A DNA stretch of 64,000 nt from Bacilli bacterium. Lineage in GTDB: Bacteria; Bacillota_I; Bacilli_A; RF39; UBA660. Under the pieces are notes generated by a model. That model had not been told where the DNA came from. It was given only the letters and a program-made list of their open reading frames with translations, and did no database searches. Location of the stretch: positions 1,930-65,929 of the forward strand of contig JAFXYF010000014.1 in NCBI GenBank assembly GCA_017541885.1. The letters run 5' to 3'. The position numbers were made by a program, and so were the translations under genes. Shown here in pieces: positions 1 through 8,607 of the stretch; positions within the stretch are counted from its first letter, which is position 1; each line of letters opens with the position of its first letter.

Positions 1-1218
1 ATGGCTGAGGGAACATTTAGTGAAGGCGGTCAAGATCAAGTAAATCAATATGCACTTAAGAAAGTTACAGGTGGCAATAATGTTATTACACAAACTACAA
101 AGAATAAAATTGAACAAGAAGTAGCAAAGAATACACTTGGATCATTTATTAATGGTGGTAAACAATTTGTAGTTAGATCTGCAGGAACAGCTTTACAAAA
201 TGCAGGACCAATATCTCAAGGAATCAATGTAGTACGCCATGAAACATCACAATCATCTGCAATTAAAGGTGCAGCTAGGGGACAATCACTTGCTCCAGTT
301 ATTCAAGCTGCATCACAAGCTGCTACAGCAACACCATCAGCACCATCAACAATGGTTCGTGGTACTACACAGGTATATTCACAACCTACAGTTCCAATAA
401 ATCATCCACAACAAGCTGCTCCAAGAGCCGCATCAGGTGTAACACCTAAGGTTGTTTCAAGTGTTCCAACAGCAAGCGTTGGAGCTGCAGTTGGAAATGC
501 TGCACAAAATGTAGCACAGGGAGTTGCAAATAGTGCTGCAAACGGAGCTGCATCACTATCTAACTTAACAAATAAATGGACAGATAATGCTTATCAACCA
601 AAAGAAATGCCAGTTCCAGGAACAACACCTAAGACTATAATTCCAGGAAATGGTAGTGTAACACCAGTTCCAACTTCAAATGGTAAATTGCAATCTAATG
701 TACCAATTACATACCATAGTGGTGGAGAATATAATGAAAATGGTTATGTTGGAGATAAGAATACATCACTTGCTGCATCACTTGCAGGATTAACTGATGA
801 TACAGATGAGTTAATTGATGAAATCATGAGAGATGGTTCTAGAGGTAGTGCTTCAAAGATACCAGTAAGTAATAATCCACTTAATGCTGGTAAGAAGGGT
901 GGAGCACAAGCTGCTATTCCTATTGCCGCAGGATTTACTACAGCTGCCGCTGCAGGTTTAGGAGCAAAGGCATACTCAGACATTAAGAGAGCAAATGAGG
1001 AAGCTGAAGAGGAAGAATATGAAGACGAATATGAAGAATTTGATAACGATGGAATTATCGTAGATGGTTGGACAGATGAAGACGTTATTGAAGAATTAAA
1101 TAAAGCTGATACAGAAGATAAGTTCATTAATATTGATAAACAAGATGAAGATGAATATTATCGTATCAGTGAAAATCCTCTACCAATTGTTTCAAACGAG
1201 GAAGAAAGCTTCGCATAA
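1..1218 (+). CDS. Hypothetical membrane-anchored protein, 5' end cut by the window edge. Low-complexity A/Q/S/T/P-rich region, one predicted TM helix, poly-acidic C-terminal tail.
   Basis: The ORF is open from base 1. There is a hydrophobic stretch AAIPIAAGFTTAAAAGLGA followed by EEAEEEEYEDEYEEFDND. A rho-independent terminator follows. Confidence 0.5.
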   Translation: MAEGTFSEGGQDQVNQYALKKVTGGNNVITQTTKNKIEQEVAKNTLGSFINGGKQFVVRSAGTALQNAGPISQGINVVRHETSQSSAIKGAARGQSLAPVIQAASQAATATPSAPSTMVRGTTQVYSQPTVPINHPQQAAPRAASGVTPKVVSSVPTASVGAAVGNAAQNVAQGVANSAANGAASLSNLTNKWTDNAYQPKEMPVPGTTPKTIIPGNGSVTPVPTSNGKLQSNVPITYHSGGEYNENGYVGDKNTSLAASLAGLTDDTDELIDEIMRDGSRGSASKIPVSNNPLNAGKKGGAQAAIPIAAGFTTAAAAGLGAKAYSDIKRANEEAEEEEYEDEYEEFDNDGIIVDGWTDEDVIEELNKADTEDKFINIDKQDEDEYYRISENPLPIVSNEEESFA

Positions 1219-1230
1219 TTAATATAAATA

Positions 1231-1253
1231 AAGAAGGCTATGCCTTCTTTTTA
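1231..1253 (+). terminator. Intrinsic terminator
   Basis: Stem AGAAGGC/GCCTTCT followed by a T-run, directly after the stop codon. Confidence 0.7.
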
Positions 1254-1312
1254 ATTGACTAAAATCCGTATATTTACTATAATTATTATGATAAGAATAA
1301 TAGGAGGTGCCT

Positions 1313-1783
1313 ATGTCAAAAGTAGATTGGATAACATGGAAAACAGATCCTAAAGAGGTAATAAATCCTGATAAAATTGAAGAAAAAATAAATGAACAAT
1401 ATCAAAATTATGAATCTTATATGAATTCAATGATATATGAACAATTACAAAATGAAATAAATGGTGGAGGTCTTTCAAAAGATGCTTTCCAAATAACTGG
1501 AATTTCTCCAGCCAATGAATTAGCAACAGAAATAATAAAATCAATTGATGAAATTAAAAATACAATGGATAGATTAAAAAACAACGTAAGAGATGTATCA
1601 ACAAAACAAAAAGAACTTGAAAAAGACCAATTAATTGACGCTATAGAAGAAAAAATAGAAAAAGAAAAAGATTTTCTAAAGAATATGAACTCTAAAGATA
1701 ATAGTGATGAAGATGTTAAAGCACTAACTAATGACAAAATTGAAAAACTACAAGAAAGGTTAGCAGCAGCTAAGGCATTATAG
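1313..1783 (+). CDS. Hypothetical K/E-rich helical (coiled-coil-like) protein
   Basis: AGGAGG lies 5 nt upstream of the ATG at 1313; the ORF track starts at the GTG at 1307. I recognise no catalytic motif. Confidence 0.5.
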   Translation: MSKVDWITWKTDPKEVINPDKIEEKINEQYQNYESYMNSMIYEQLQNEINGGGLSKDAFQITGISPANELATEIIKSIDEIKNTMDRLKNNVRDVSTKQKELEKDQLIDAIEEKIEKEKDFLKNMNSKDNSDEDVKALTNDKIEKLQERLAAAKAL

Positions 1784-1792
1784 GAGGATATT

Positions 1793-2614
1793 ATGAATAA
1801 AGAAGGACATATAGATTTAGAACAAATATCTCATAGTATAAATACATTATCTTCTATAGAAAACATTATAAATACAGTAGATTTAGCTGATAATTTTGAA
1901 GAAATAGAAAAAGAATTCAAACAAATTAATTTTGAACATTCAAGTTGTATAAATTATAAAGAATCATTAGATTTAATCTATGCTAATTTAGAAAAAATAA
2001 AAAAACAAATTAATGAACTAGCAGATGCTCTTAGAAGAACAAAGAACAACTATGCAACAATTAATACATTCTCTGAAGGAGATATTAAAGAGTTTAGTGA
2101 AATATATAAAACTACTGAAGCAAGAGCAGAATTATTAAAACTAGTAGGAGATGCAAAACAAGTAGATGTTAATTCTTTAACTGCAGATATTGCAGGAGTT
2201 AATGATGGTAACGTTACAACAATACCAGCCCCAGAGCCTACTACTCCACAAGAAGATACTAAGATAGTTGATACAGTACCAATTGGTGTTGGAATAGGTG
2301 TAACTGGTATAGCAGGATCTATTGGAGCTGTAATCGTTGATGATATGTATCAAAAGAAAGAAAAAGAAAACAAAGTAATAGAAGACAGTGAAATATATGC
2401 AGAGGACTATAATGATGAAGCAGAAAGTAAAGTAGAAGAAAGCTATGATTACAACAAAATTAGAAATGAACTAGGAATTGTACAAGGACCATATAGAGCA
2501 GCAAGAATGAATAGAGAAGCAGATCGTTATTATGGAGGAGAAATTGCTAAGAAAATCGAAGATGACGACATTGAGTATGTTGACGAAGATGATGACGATT
2601 ACGAAGATTTTTAG
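1793..2614 (+). CDS. Hypothetical protein: helical N-terminal domain, one TM helix, poly-acidic C-terminal tail
   Basis: GGAGG RBS. TM segment VPIGVGIGVTGIAGSIGAVIV, then an acidic tail ending DEDDDDYEDF. The architecture matches the first ORF. Confidence 0.5.
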   Translation: MNKEGHIDLEQISHSINTLSSIENIINTVDLADNFEEIEKEFKQINFEHSSCINYKESLDLIYANLEKIKKQINELADALRRTKNNYATINTFSEGDIKEFSEIYKTTEARAELLKLVGDAKQVDVNSLTADIAGVNDGNVTTIPAPEPTTPQEDTKIVDTVPIGVGIGVTGIAGSIGAVIVDDMYQKKEKENKVIEDSEIYAEDYNDEAESKVEESYDYNKIRNELGIVQGPYRAARMNREADRYYGGEIAKKIEDDDIEYVDEDDDDYEDF

Positions 2615-2623
2615 TATAAAAAG

Positions 2624-2652
2624 TTGATTATTATTTAAAATTGAGTTATAAT
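2624..2652 (+). promoter_or_regulatory. Sigma-A type promoter of the T-box/valS operon
   Basis: TTGATT (2624-2629), 17-nt spacer, TATAAT (2647-2652). Confidence 0.6.
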
Positions 2653-2654
2653 TA

Positions 2655-2885
2655 CTTGCAGATGCGATGAATCTGAGGAGTATTTATAACTTTTTTTGTA
2701 GAGAGTCTACGTGAGGTGAAAGTAGATAAAAAAGTATAAAGAAGGTAGCAGAAGAGCATAATTTCTGAGTTTAGTAAGAAGTTCCGGATAATTCCGTTAA
2801 AGATATCAAGCTATATATTATATATATAGAAAAAAAGGTGGTACCGCGAGATTTTCGTCCTTTGGATGAATCTCGCTTTTTTTAT
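2655..2885 (+). promoter_or_regulatory. T-box riboswitch leader with terminator/antiterminator
   Basis: Conserved T-box sequence AAGGTGGTACCGCG at about 2834-2848. It overlaps the 5' arm of the terminator GCGAGATT...AATCTCGC (2846-2876), which is followed by T8. AGAGAG and GGTGAAAGTAG stem-I-like elements are upstream, and valS is downstream. Confidence 0.85.
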
Positions 2886-2901
2886 TTTATAGGAGGATTA
2901 T

Positions 2902-3648
2902 ATGAAAGAAGCACAAAATGAATTTTTTAAGTACACAGAAAGTTATAAAAAGTATGGTCCAAAGATTGAATTAAAAATCAGTCATACCGTACGAGTCGAA
3001 AAGTTATGTGTAGATATTGCTAAAAGCTTAAATTTATCAGATGAAGATGTAGAACTTGCTGATATGTGTGGATTGTTACATGATATTGCTAGATTTGAAC
3101 AATGGAAAAGATATCAAACTTACAGTGATTTAGCTTCTCTTGATCATGGAGATTTAGGAGTAGAAATATTAAAGAAAAATAATTTCATTAATAAATTTAC
3201 TAAAAAGAATCATGAAACTATTTTTAGAGCAGTAAAATATCATAATAAATATCGTGTACCAAATACAATTTCAGATAGAAATAAATTGTTTGTAAATATT
3301 ACTAGAGATGCAGATAAAATTGATATTCTACAATTATTTGTTAATGGTGGATTAGTCAATCATACAGAAGATGCAATTATTAGTGATAAAGTATATAAAG
3401 CAATTTTAGATAAAAAAGAAATTAAAAGAACAGATGTCAAAACAAAAGCAGATGATATTGCTGTTCGTTTAGGATTTGTCTTTGATTTAAACTTTAAAAG
3501 ATCCTATGAAATATTAAAAGAAACTGATTATATCAATAAAATGATTGATGTACAAATTAAAGATACAAAAAATGAAACACTAGTAAAACAATTAAATGAA
3601 TTAAGAGAATTTGTTAATAAATATATAGGGGAGATGATAAAATGCTAG
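2902..3648 (+). CDS. HD-domain phosphohydrolase family protein
   Basis: H...HD signature (ISHTVRVEKL ... LLHDIARFE ... DADKID). AGGAGG RBS. The stop overlaps the valS start (ATGCTAG). Confidence 0.7.
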   Translation: MKEAQNEFFKYTESYKKYGPKIELKISHTVRVEKLCVDIAKSLNLSDEDVELADMCGLLHDIARFEQWKRYQTYSDLASLDHGDLGVEILKKNNFINKFTKKNHETIFRAVKYHNKYRVPNTISDRNKLFVNITRDADKIDILQLFVNGGLVNHTEDAIISDKVYKAILDKKEIKRTDVKTKADDIAVRLGFVFDLNFKRSYEILKETDYINKMIDVQIKDTKNETLVKQLNELREFVNKYIGEMIKC

Positions 3649-6173
3649 ATAAAAAATATAATCATTTAGAAGTTGAAAAAGAAAAATATTTAAAATGGAA
3701 AGAAAAAGGATACTTTAAAGCAGATAATCAATCAGATAAGACTCCATTCTGTATTGTAATTCCACCTCCAAATGTTACAGGTAAATTACATATAGGACAT
3801 GCTTATGATACAGCACTACAAGATGCTATAGTTAGATATAAAAGAATGAAAGGATTCGATACACTATGGCTTCCAGGAATGGATCATGCTGCAATTTCAA
3901 CAGAAGCAAAAGTTGTTAAGAAATTAAAAGATGAAGGTATTGATAAATACGAATATGGAAGAGAAAACTTCTTAAAAGCATGTTGGGATTGGACTCATGA
4001 ATATAGTGATAGTATTCGTGCTCAATGGGGAGCTTTAGGACTATCAGTAGATTATGATAGAGAACGTTTCACATTAGATGAAGATTTAAATAGAGCAGTT
4101 CGTAAAGTATTTGTAGATTATTACAATAAAGGATTAATCTATAGAGGAGAAAGAATAATTAACTGGGATCCAGCTGCTAAAACAGCTCTATCTAATGAAG
4201 AAGTTATTTATAAATCAGAAAAGAGTGCTTTCTATCATTTAAAATATAAACTAGAAGATAGTGAAGAATTCTTAGATGTAGCAACAACTCGTCCTGAAAC
4301 TCTATTTGGAGATACAGCAGTTGCAGTAAATGAAGCAGATGAAAGATATAAAAAGTTTGTAGGAAAGAATGTTATTCTACCTCTTATGAATAAGCCAATT
4401 CCAGTTATAACAGATGAACATGCTGATATGACTAAAGGTACTGGTGTAGTTAAAATAACTCCTGCACACGATCCTAACGACTTTGAAGTAGGTAATAGAC
4501 ATAATCTAGAAAGAATCGTTATTATGAACGATGATGCAACAATGAATGAAAATGTTCCTGAAAAGTATCAAGGAATGAGTAGAGAAAAATGTCGTGAAGA
4601 ATGTTTAAAAGACTTAGAAGAGCAAGGATTATTACTAGAAGTAGAACCATTAGTTCACGAAGTAGGTCATAGTGAAAGAACAGATGTAATGGTTGAACCA
4701 ATGATCAAAGAACAATGGTTTGTTAAAATGGGACCTTTAGCAGAACGAGTATTAAAGTTCCAAGATAATAAAGATAAAAAGATTAACTTTGTACCAAAGA
4801 GATTTGAAAAGATATTAAGACACTGGATGGAAATATCATATGACTGGTGTATATCTCGTCAATTATGGTGGGGTCATAGAATTCCTGCATGGTATAAAGA
4901 TGGAGAAACATATGTTGGTATGGAAGCTCCAAAAGAAGAAGGTTGGGTACAAGATGACGACGTTTTAGACACATGGTTCTCAAGTGCATTATGGCCATTC
5001 TCAACATTAGGTTGGCCAGATGAAACAAAAGACTTAGAAAGATACTTCCCAACAGACTGTTTAGTAACAGGATATGATATTATCTTCTTCTGGGTAGCAA
5101 GAATGGCATTCCAATCAGAATTTATAATGAATGCTCGTCCATTTAAAGATTGTTTAATTCATGGATTAATTCGTGATAAACAAGGAAGAAAAATGTCTAA
5201 ATCACTAGGAAATGGAGTAGATCCATTTGATATGGTAGATAAATATGGAGCAGACTCCCTAAGATATTATTTATCTACAGATGGTTCTATGGGTATGGAT
5301 TTAAGATTTGATGAAGTTAAACTTACTGCTACATGGAACTTTATTAATAAGATTTGGAATGCTTCAAGATTCTCTCTTATGAATATTGAAAATTTAAAAG
5401 AAATTAAATTAGAAAATCTTAAGAATGAAGATAAATGGATTTTAACAGTTTATGAACATACTCTAAAGAATGTTATTAAACATATGGATAAATATGAATT
5501 CAATTTAGCAGGAGCAGAAATCTATGACTTTACATGGAATTACTTCTGTGACTACTATATTGAAATGGCTAAATATTCTCTTGAAGATCCAGCTACACAA
5601 TCTACATTATGTTTTGTATTAACTGGTATTCTACAAATGTTACATCCATTTATGCCATTTGTTACTGAAGAAATCTATCAAATGTTACCAGTAAAAGAAT
5701 ATGAATCAATTATGATTTCTGAGTATCCTAAATATAATAAAAAATTAGTATTTGAAAATGAAGCTCAAGCAGTAGCAGATCAAATAGAATTTATTAAGAA
5801 CTTCAGAAATGTAAAAGCAGAGAACAATATCTCAAAAGATATGAAAGTAATGTTTGATACTGATGATGATAATGATCTAATCGTTAAGATGTTAAAGTTA
5901 CAAGATAATTTAGTAACTGAACCATTAGGCATTAAAGCATACAAAGTATTCTCTAATAGAGTTAAAGCTCAAATCTTCTTCGAAAAGATTGAAACAGAAG
6001 CAGATAAAGAAGCTAAGAAAGAACAAATTAAACAGTTAGAAGAATCAATTGCAAGAAGAGAAAAACTATTATCTAATGAGAATTATGTTAATAAAGCTCC
6101 TGCAAACATCGTAGAACTTGATAGACAAAAATTAGCTGAAGAAAAGAAAAAATTAGAAGAGTTAACAAAATAG
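3642..6173 (+). CDS. valS: Valine--tRNA ligase
   Basis: Class I HIGH motif (PPPNVTGKLHIGHAY), KMSKS motif (KMSKSLGN), C-terminal coiled coil, 843 aa. Preceded by the T-box leader. Confidence 0.95.
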   Translation: MLDKKYNHLEVEKEKYLKWKEKGYFKADNQSDKTPFCIVIPPPNVTGKLHIGHAYDTALQDAIVRYKRMKGFDTLWLPGMDHAAISTEAKVVKKLKDEGIDKYEYGRENFLKACWDWTHEYSDSIRAQWGALGLSVDYDRERFTLDEDLNRAVRKVFVDYYNKGLIYRGERIINWDPAAKTALSNEEVIYKSEKSAFYHLKYKLEDSEEFLDVATTRPETLFGDTAVAVNEADERYKKFVGKNVILPLMNKPIPVITDEHADMTKGTGVVKITPAHDPNDFEVGNRHNLERIVIMNDDATMNENVPEKYQGMSREKCREECLKDLEEQGLLLEVEPLVHEVGHSERTDVMVEPMIKEQWFVKMGPLAERVLKFQDNKDKKINFVPKRFEKILRHWMEISYDWCISRQLWWGHRIPAWYKDGETYVGMEAPKEEGWVQDDDVLDTWFSSALWPFSTLGWPDETKDLERYFPTDCLVTGYDIIFFWVARMAFQSEFIMNARPFKDCLIHGLIRDKQGRKMSKSLGNGVDPFDMVDKYGADSLRYYLSTDGSMGMDLRFDEVKLTATWNFINKIWNASRFSLMNIENLKEIKLENLKNEDKWILTVYEHTLKNVIKHMDKYEFNLAGAEIYDFTWNYFCDYYIEMAKYSLEDPATQSTLCFVLTGILQMLHPFMPFVTEEIYQMLPVKEYESIMISEYPKYNKKLVFENEAQAVADQIEFIKNFRNVKAENNISKDMKVMFDTDDDNDLIVKMLKLQDNLVTEPLGIKAYKVFSNRVKAQIFFEKIETEADKEAKKEQIKQLEESIARREKLLSNENYVNKAPANIVELDRQKLAEEKKKLEELTK

Positions 6174-6191
6174 TGTTAACTCTTTCTTTTT
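6159..6191 (+). terminator. Intrinsic terminator of valS
   Basis: Stem GAGTTAACA/TGTTAACTC spanning the stop codon, followed by a T-rich run. Confidence 0.7.
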
Positions 6192-6204
6192 ATGTTATAA
6201 TACT

Positions 6205-6252
6205 CTTCGTACTAGTTAACCTACACATCCTAGTATAAAAAAGGGAAGGAGA
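6205..6252 (+). promoter_or_regulatory. Candidate preQ1-I type riboswitch
   Basis: Hairpin TACTAG(6210-6215)/CTAGTA(6230-6235) with loop ...CCTACAC..., then the A-rich tail TAAAAAAGGGAAGGAG running into the RBS. It resembles the B. subtilis queC aptamer (...GCUACACCCUCUAUAAAAAACUAAGGA). It sits directly upstream of a YhhQ/DUF165-type transporter, a known preQ1-regulated gene class. Confidence 0.5.
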
Positions 6253-6258
6253 GATATT

Positions 6259-6918
6259 ATGAATATAGCTTTAGGATTTGCAAACATAGTAGTAACATTT
6301 TCTTTAGTAGTTTTAATTGAAAAACTATTTAAAAAAGAAGGAGTATTTGCTTGGATTGCTATTGCAACAATTCTTGCAAACTTAACAGTCTGTAAAATGA
6401 TTGATGCTTTTGGTTTTACTACTTCTTTGGGAAATGTTTTATTTGCATCTACTTTCTTAGCAACAGATATTTTATCTGAAAAGTATAGTAAGAAAGATGC
6501 TAAAAAAGCAGTTTACTTAGGAATATTTGCAGGAATTACATTTATTATTATTACTCAATTAACATTACTATTTATTCCTAGTAGTGATGATGTTGTACAA
6601 GAGTCTATGAAGACATTATTTGGAATTAGTATTCGTACTACAATTGCTAGTATGACAATGTTCTTTATAAGTAATATGTTAGATGTATACTTATACAATA
6701 AGTTAAAAGATAAGTTTTCTAATAAGTTATGGTTAAGAAATAATGTATCTACAATTCTATGTAATTGTATTGAAAATTACTTTTTTAATACCTTAGCATT
6801 CATTGGAATATTTAGTATACCTGTAATTATATCTATAGCCACAACAACATCAATTATAGAGATAATAATTGCTCTATGTGATACACCATTCTTATATTTA
6901 TCTAAAAAATTAAAATAG
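6259..6918 (+). CDS. Queuosine-precursor transporter, YhhQ/VUT (DUF165) family
   Basis: 219-aa polytopic membrane protein of typical size and hydrophobicity pattern, in a preQ1-riboswitch-like context. Confidence 0.6.
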   Translation: MNIALGFANIVVTFSLVVLIEKLFKKEGVFAWIAIATILANLTVCKMIDAFGFTTSLGNVLFASTFLATDILSEKYSKKDAKKAVYLGIFAGITFIIITQLTLLFIPSSDDVVQESMKTLFGISIRTTIASMTMFFISNMLDVYLYNKLKDKFSNKLWLRNNVSTILCNCIENYFFNTLAFIGIFSIPVIISIATTTSIIEIIIALCDTPFLYLSKKLK

Positions 6919-6978
6919 TGTTGACTTTATAAATTAAGGTATGATATAAATTTGTCTATACACAAAGAGGTGATTTGT

Positions 6979-7050
6979 ATGGATAAACGGATAAATGCCT
7001 TATATTGTATTAAATCCACTATGTTGGAATATTTAAGTGTGTCAAAATAA
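6979..7050 (+). CDS. Possible 23-aa upstream/leader ORF (MDKRINALYCIKSTMLEYLSVSK)
   Basis: AAAGAGGTGA lies 7 nt upstream of the ATG. A weak hairpin (AAACGA.../...TCGTTT) plus T-run follows, just before the rel homolog. Too short for coding statistics. Confidence 0.25.
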   Translation: MDKRINALYCIKSTMLEYLSVSK

Positions 7051-7101
7051 TAAACGATTCAATTAATAAGATTGGGTCGTTTTTTAGTTAGGAGTAATTG
7101 T

Positions 7102-8580
7102 ATGGAAGAGTTAAAAGATATTATTAGTATTTTAAATGAAAAGAATAAAGATGCTATACCTGAAGTAATAAAGTCTTATGAAATGGCAGATAAGGCTCAT
7201 GAAGGAATATTTAGAGAAAGTGGAGAACCATATATAACTCATCCTATAGCCGTAGCTAAGAACTTATTAGATATGGAAATATATGATGGTCCAACAATTT
7301 GTGCAGCATTGCTTCATGATGTAGTAGAAGATACAAATGTAACTCTAGAAGATATATCTAGAGAAATAAATCCAGAAGTAGCAGAATTAGTAGATGGAGT
7401 TACTAAAATGAGAAGAATGAACTTTTCTACTAAACAAGATCAAAATAATGCCAATACAAGAAAAATAATTACAAGCCTAACTAAAGATGTAAGAATAATA
7501 ATAATTAAACTAGCAGACCGTCTTCATAATATGAGAACATTAGAATACAAGAAACCTAATAAACAAAGAGAAAATGCTATAGAAACAATGGAACTCTTTG
7601 TTCCCCTTGCATTATCAATAGGTGCCTATCAAATAAAAAGTGAATTAGAAGATTTAGCTTTAAAATATATTGAACCAGAAAAATATGATGAAATATTTAG
7701 AAAAAGAAATGAATTAGCAAAACAAGAAAAAGAATATCTTTTAGAGTTAAAAAAGAAACTAAAAAAACTTCTTGCTCAAAAACATATACCAAATGAAATA
7801 TTAATTCGTACTAAAAATATTTGTAATATTTATCGTAAAATTACAAAAGGTTATGAAATGGAAAATATCTATGACTTATTCTATATAAAAATATTAGTAA
7901 ATGAAGTAGATGATTGTTATAGAACTTTAAGAATAGTACATGAGTTAACTCCACCAATAAACGGAAGATTTAAAGATTATATTTATAATCCTAGAACGAA
8001 TCACTATCAATCACTTCATACTACAGGATCTGATAGTAATGATAAATTAATTAAAACTAAAATAAGAACTTTTGATATGGATAAAGTATCTGCTTATGGA
8101 ATACCAGCTTATTGGAATATTAATCCAAATAAAAAAGAAGGAGAAACTCCTACAAGAAAAACAAAAGAAGAGACTCAAGCAGAAATTAGAAATAAATTAC
8201 AATTCGCTAAGAAATTACAAGAAATAGATACATCATATAGAGAAGATGATGACTTTATTGCTAATATCAAAGAACAATTACTAACAGAACATGTATATGT
8301 ATACAATCATAGTGGAGAAATAATAGAATTACCAGTTGGATCAACTGCTCTAGATTATGCTTGTGAAGTACATCCTGAATTATTAGATATAATGACAGGA
8401 GTAATTATAAATGGTAAAGAAAGTAGAGTAGATACAGTATTGGAAAATAATGATACTGTCCAAATAAAAACAAAAGGAAAAACAAATCGAGCTAATTGGG
8501 AAAAATGTGTTCACACAGAAAGTTCTAAAGGTAAAATTAGAAGCTTAAATAATAGACAAAACAAAGATCAAGCATTATAA
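7102..8580 (+). CDS. Long RelA/SpoT homolog (HD hydrolase, degenerate synthetase and TGS domains), C-terminally short
   Basis: HD motifs HEGIFRESGEPYITHPIAVA, LLHDVVEDT, DRLHNMRTL. Synthetase-domain motifs RTKNICNIYRK and HYQSLHTT. TGS-like VYVYNHSGEIIELPVGSTALDYA. AGGAG RBS before the ATG at 7102; the ORF track starts at 7072. Confidence 0.85.
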   Translation: MEELKDIISILNEKNKDAIPEVIKSYEMADKAHEGIFRESGEPYITHPIAVAKNLLDMEIYDGPTICAALLHDVVEDTNVTLEDISREINPEVAELVDGVTKMRRMNFSTKQDQNNANTRKIITSLTKDVRIIIIKLADRLHNMRTLEYKKPNKQRENAIETMELFVPLALSIGAYQIKSELEDLALKYIEPEKYDEIFRKRNELAKQEKEYLLELKKKLKKLLAQKHIPNEILIRTKNICNIYRKITKGYEMENIYDLFYIKILVNEVDDCYRTLRIVHELTPPINGRFKDYIYNPRTNHYQSLHTTGSDSNDKLIKTKIRTFDMDKVSAYGIPAYWNINPNKKEGETPTRKTKEETQAEIRNKLQFAKKLQEIDTSYREDDDFIANIKEQLLTEHVYVYNHSGEIIELPVGSTALDYACEVHPELLDIMTGVIINGKESRVDTVLENNDTVQIKTKGKTNRANWEKCVHTESSKGKIRSLNNRQNKDQAL

Positions 8581-8607
8581 TATTATTAGAATAGAGAGTG
8601 TGATAAT

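Noticed and set aside
744-1127. Antisense ORFs in the track. Examples: 744-1127, 1350-1544, 1417-1737, 4783-5052, 10626-10844, 12575-12781, 17304-17552, 19419-19601, 21401-21598, 22245-22487, 36205-36435, 36566-36760, 36953-37210, 37493-37789, 38102-38284, 40166-40384, 40401-40604, 45192-45389, 47242-47724, 49279-49572, 49855-50037, 53132-53449, 53699-54025, 55408-55659, 58044-58286, 63089-63301.
   Set aside because: Each lies opposite a well-supported conserved gene. They lack an RBS and have low-complexity S/L/I/F-rich translations, typical of the reverse strand of AT-rich, K/E-rich coding DNA.
7072-7101. Upstream-extended starts given by the ORF track. Examples: rel 7072, ybeY 20708, era 21985, ferredoxin 26622, 49113, smc 55454, BspA paralog 2 at 53139, 10862, 33304.
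   Set aside because: In each case an internal ATG or GTG has a properly spaced Shine-Dalgarno sequence and matches the conserved N-terminus of the family. The extensions overlap upstream genes or terminators.
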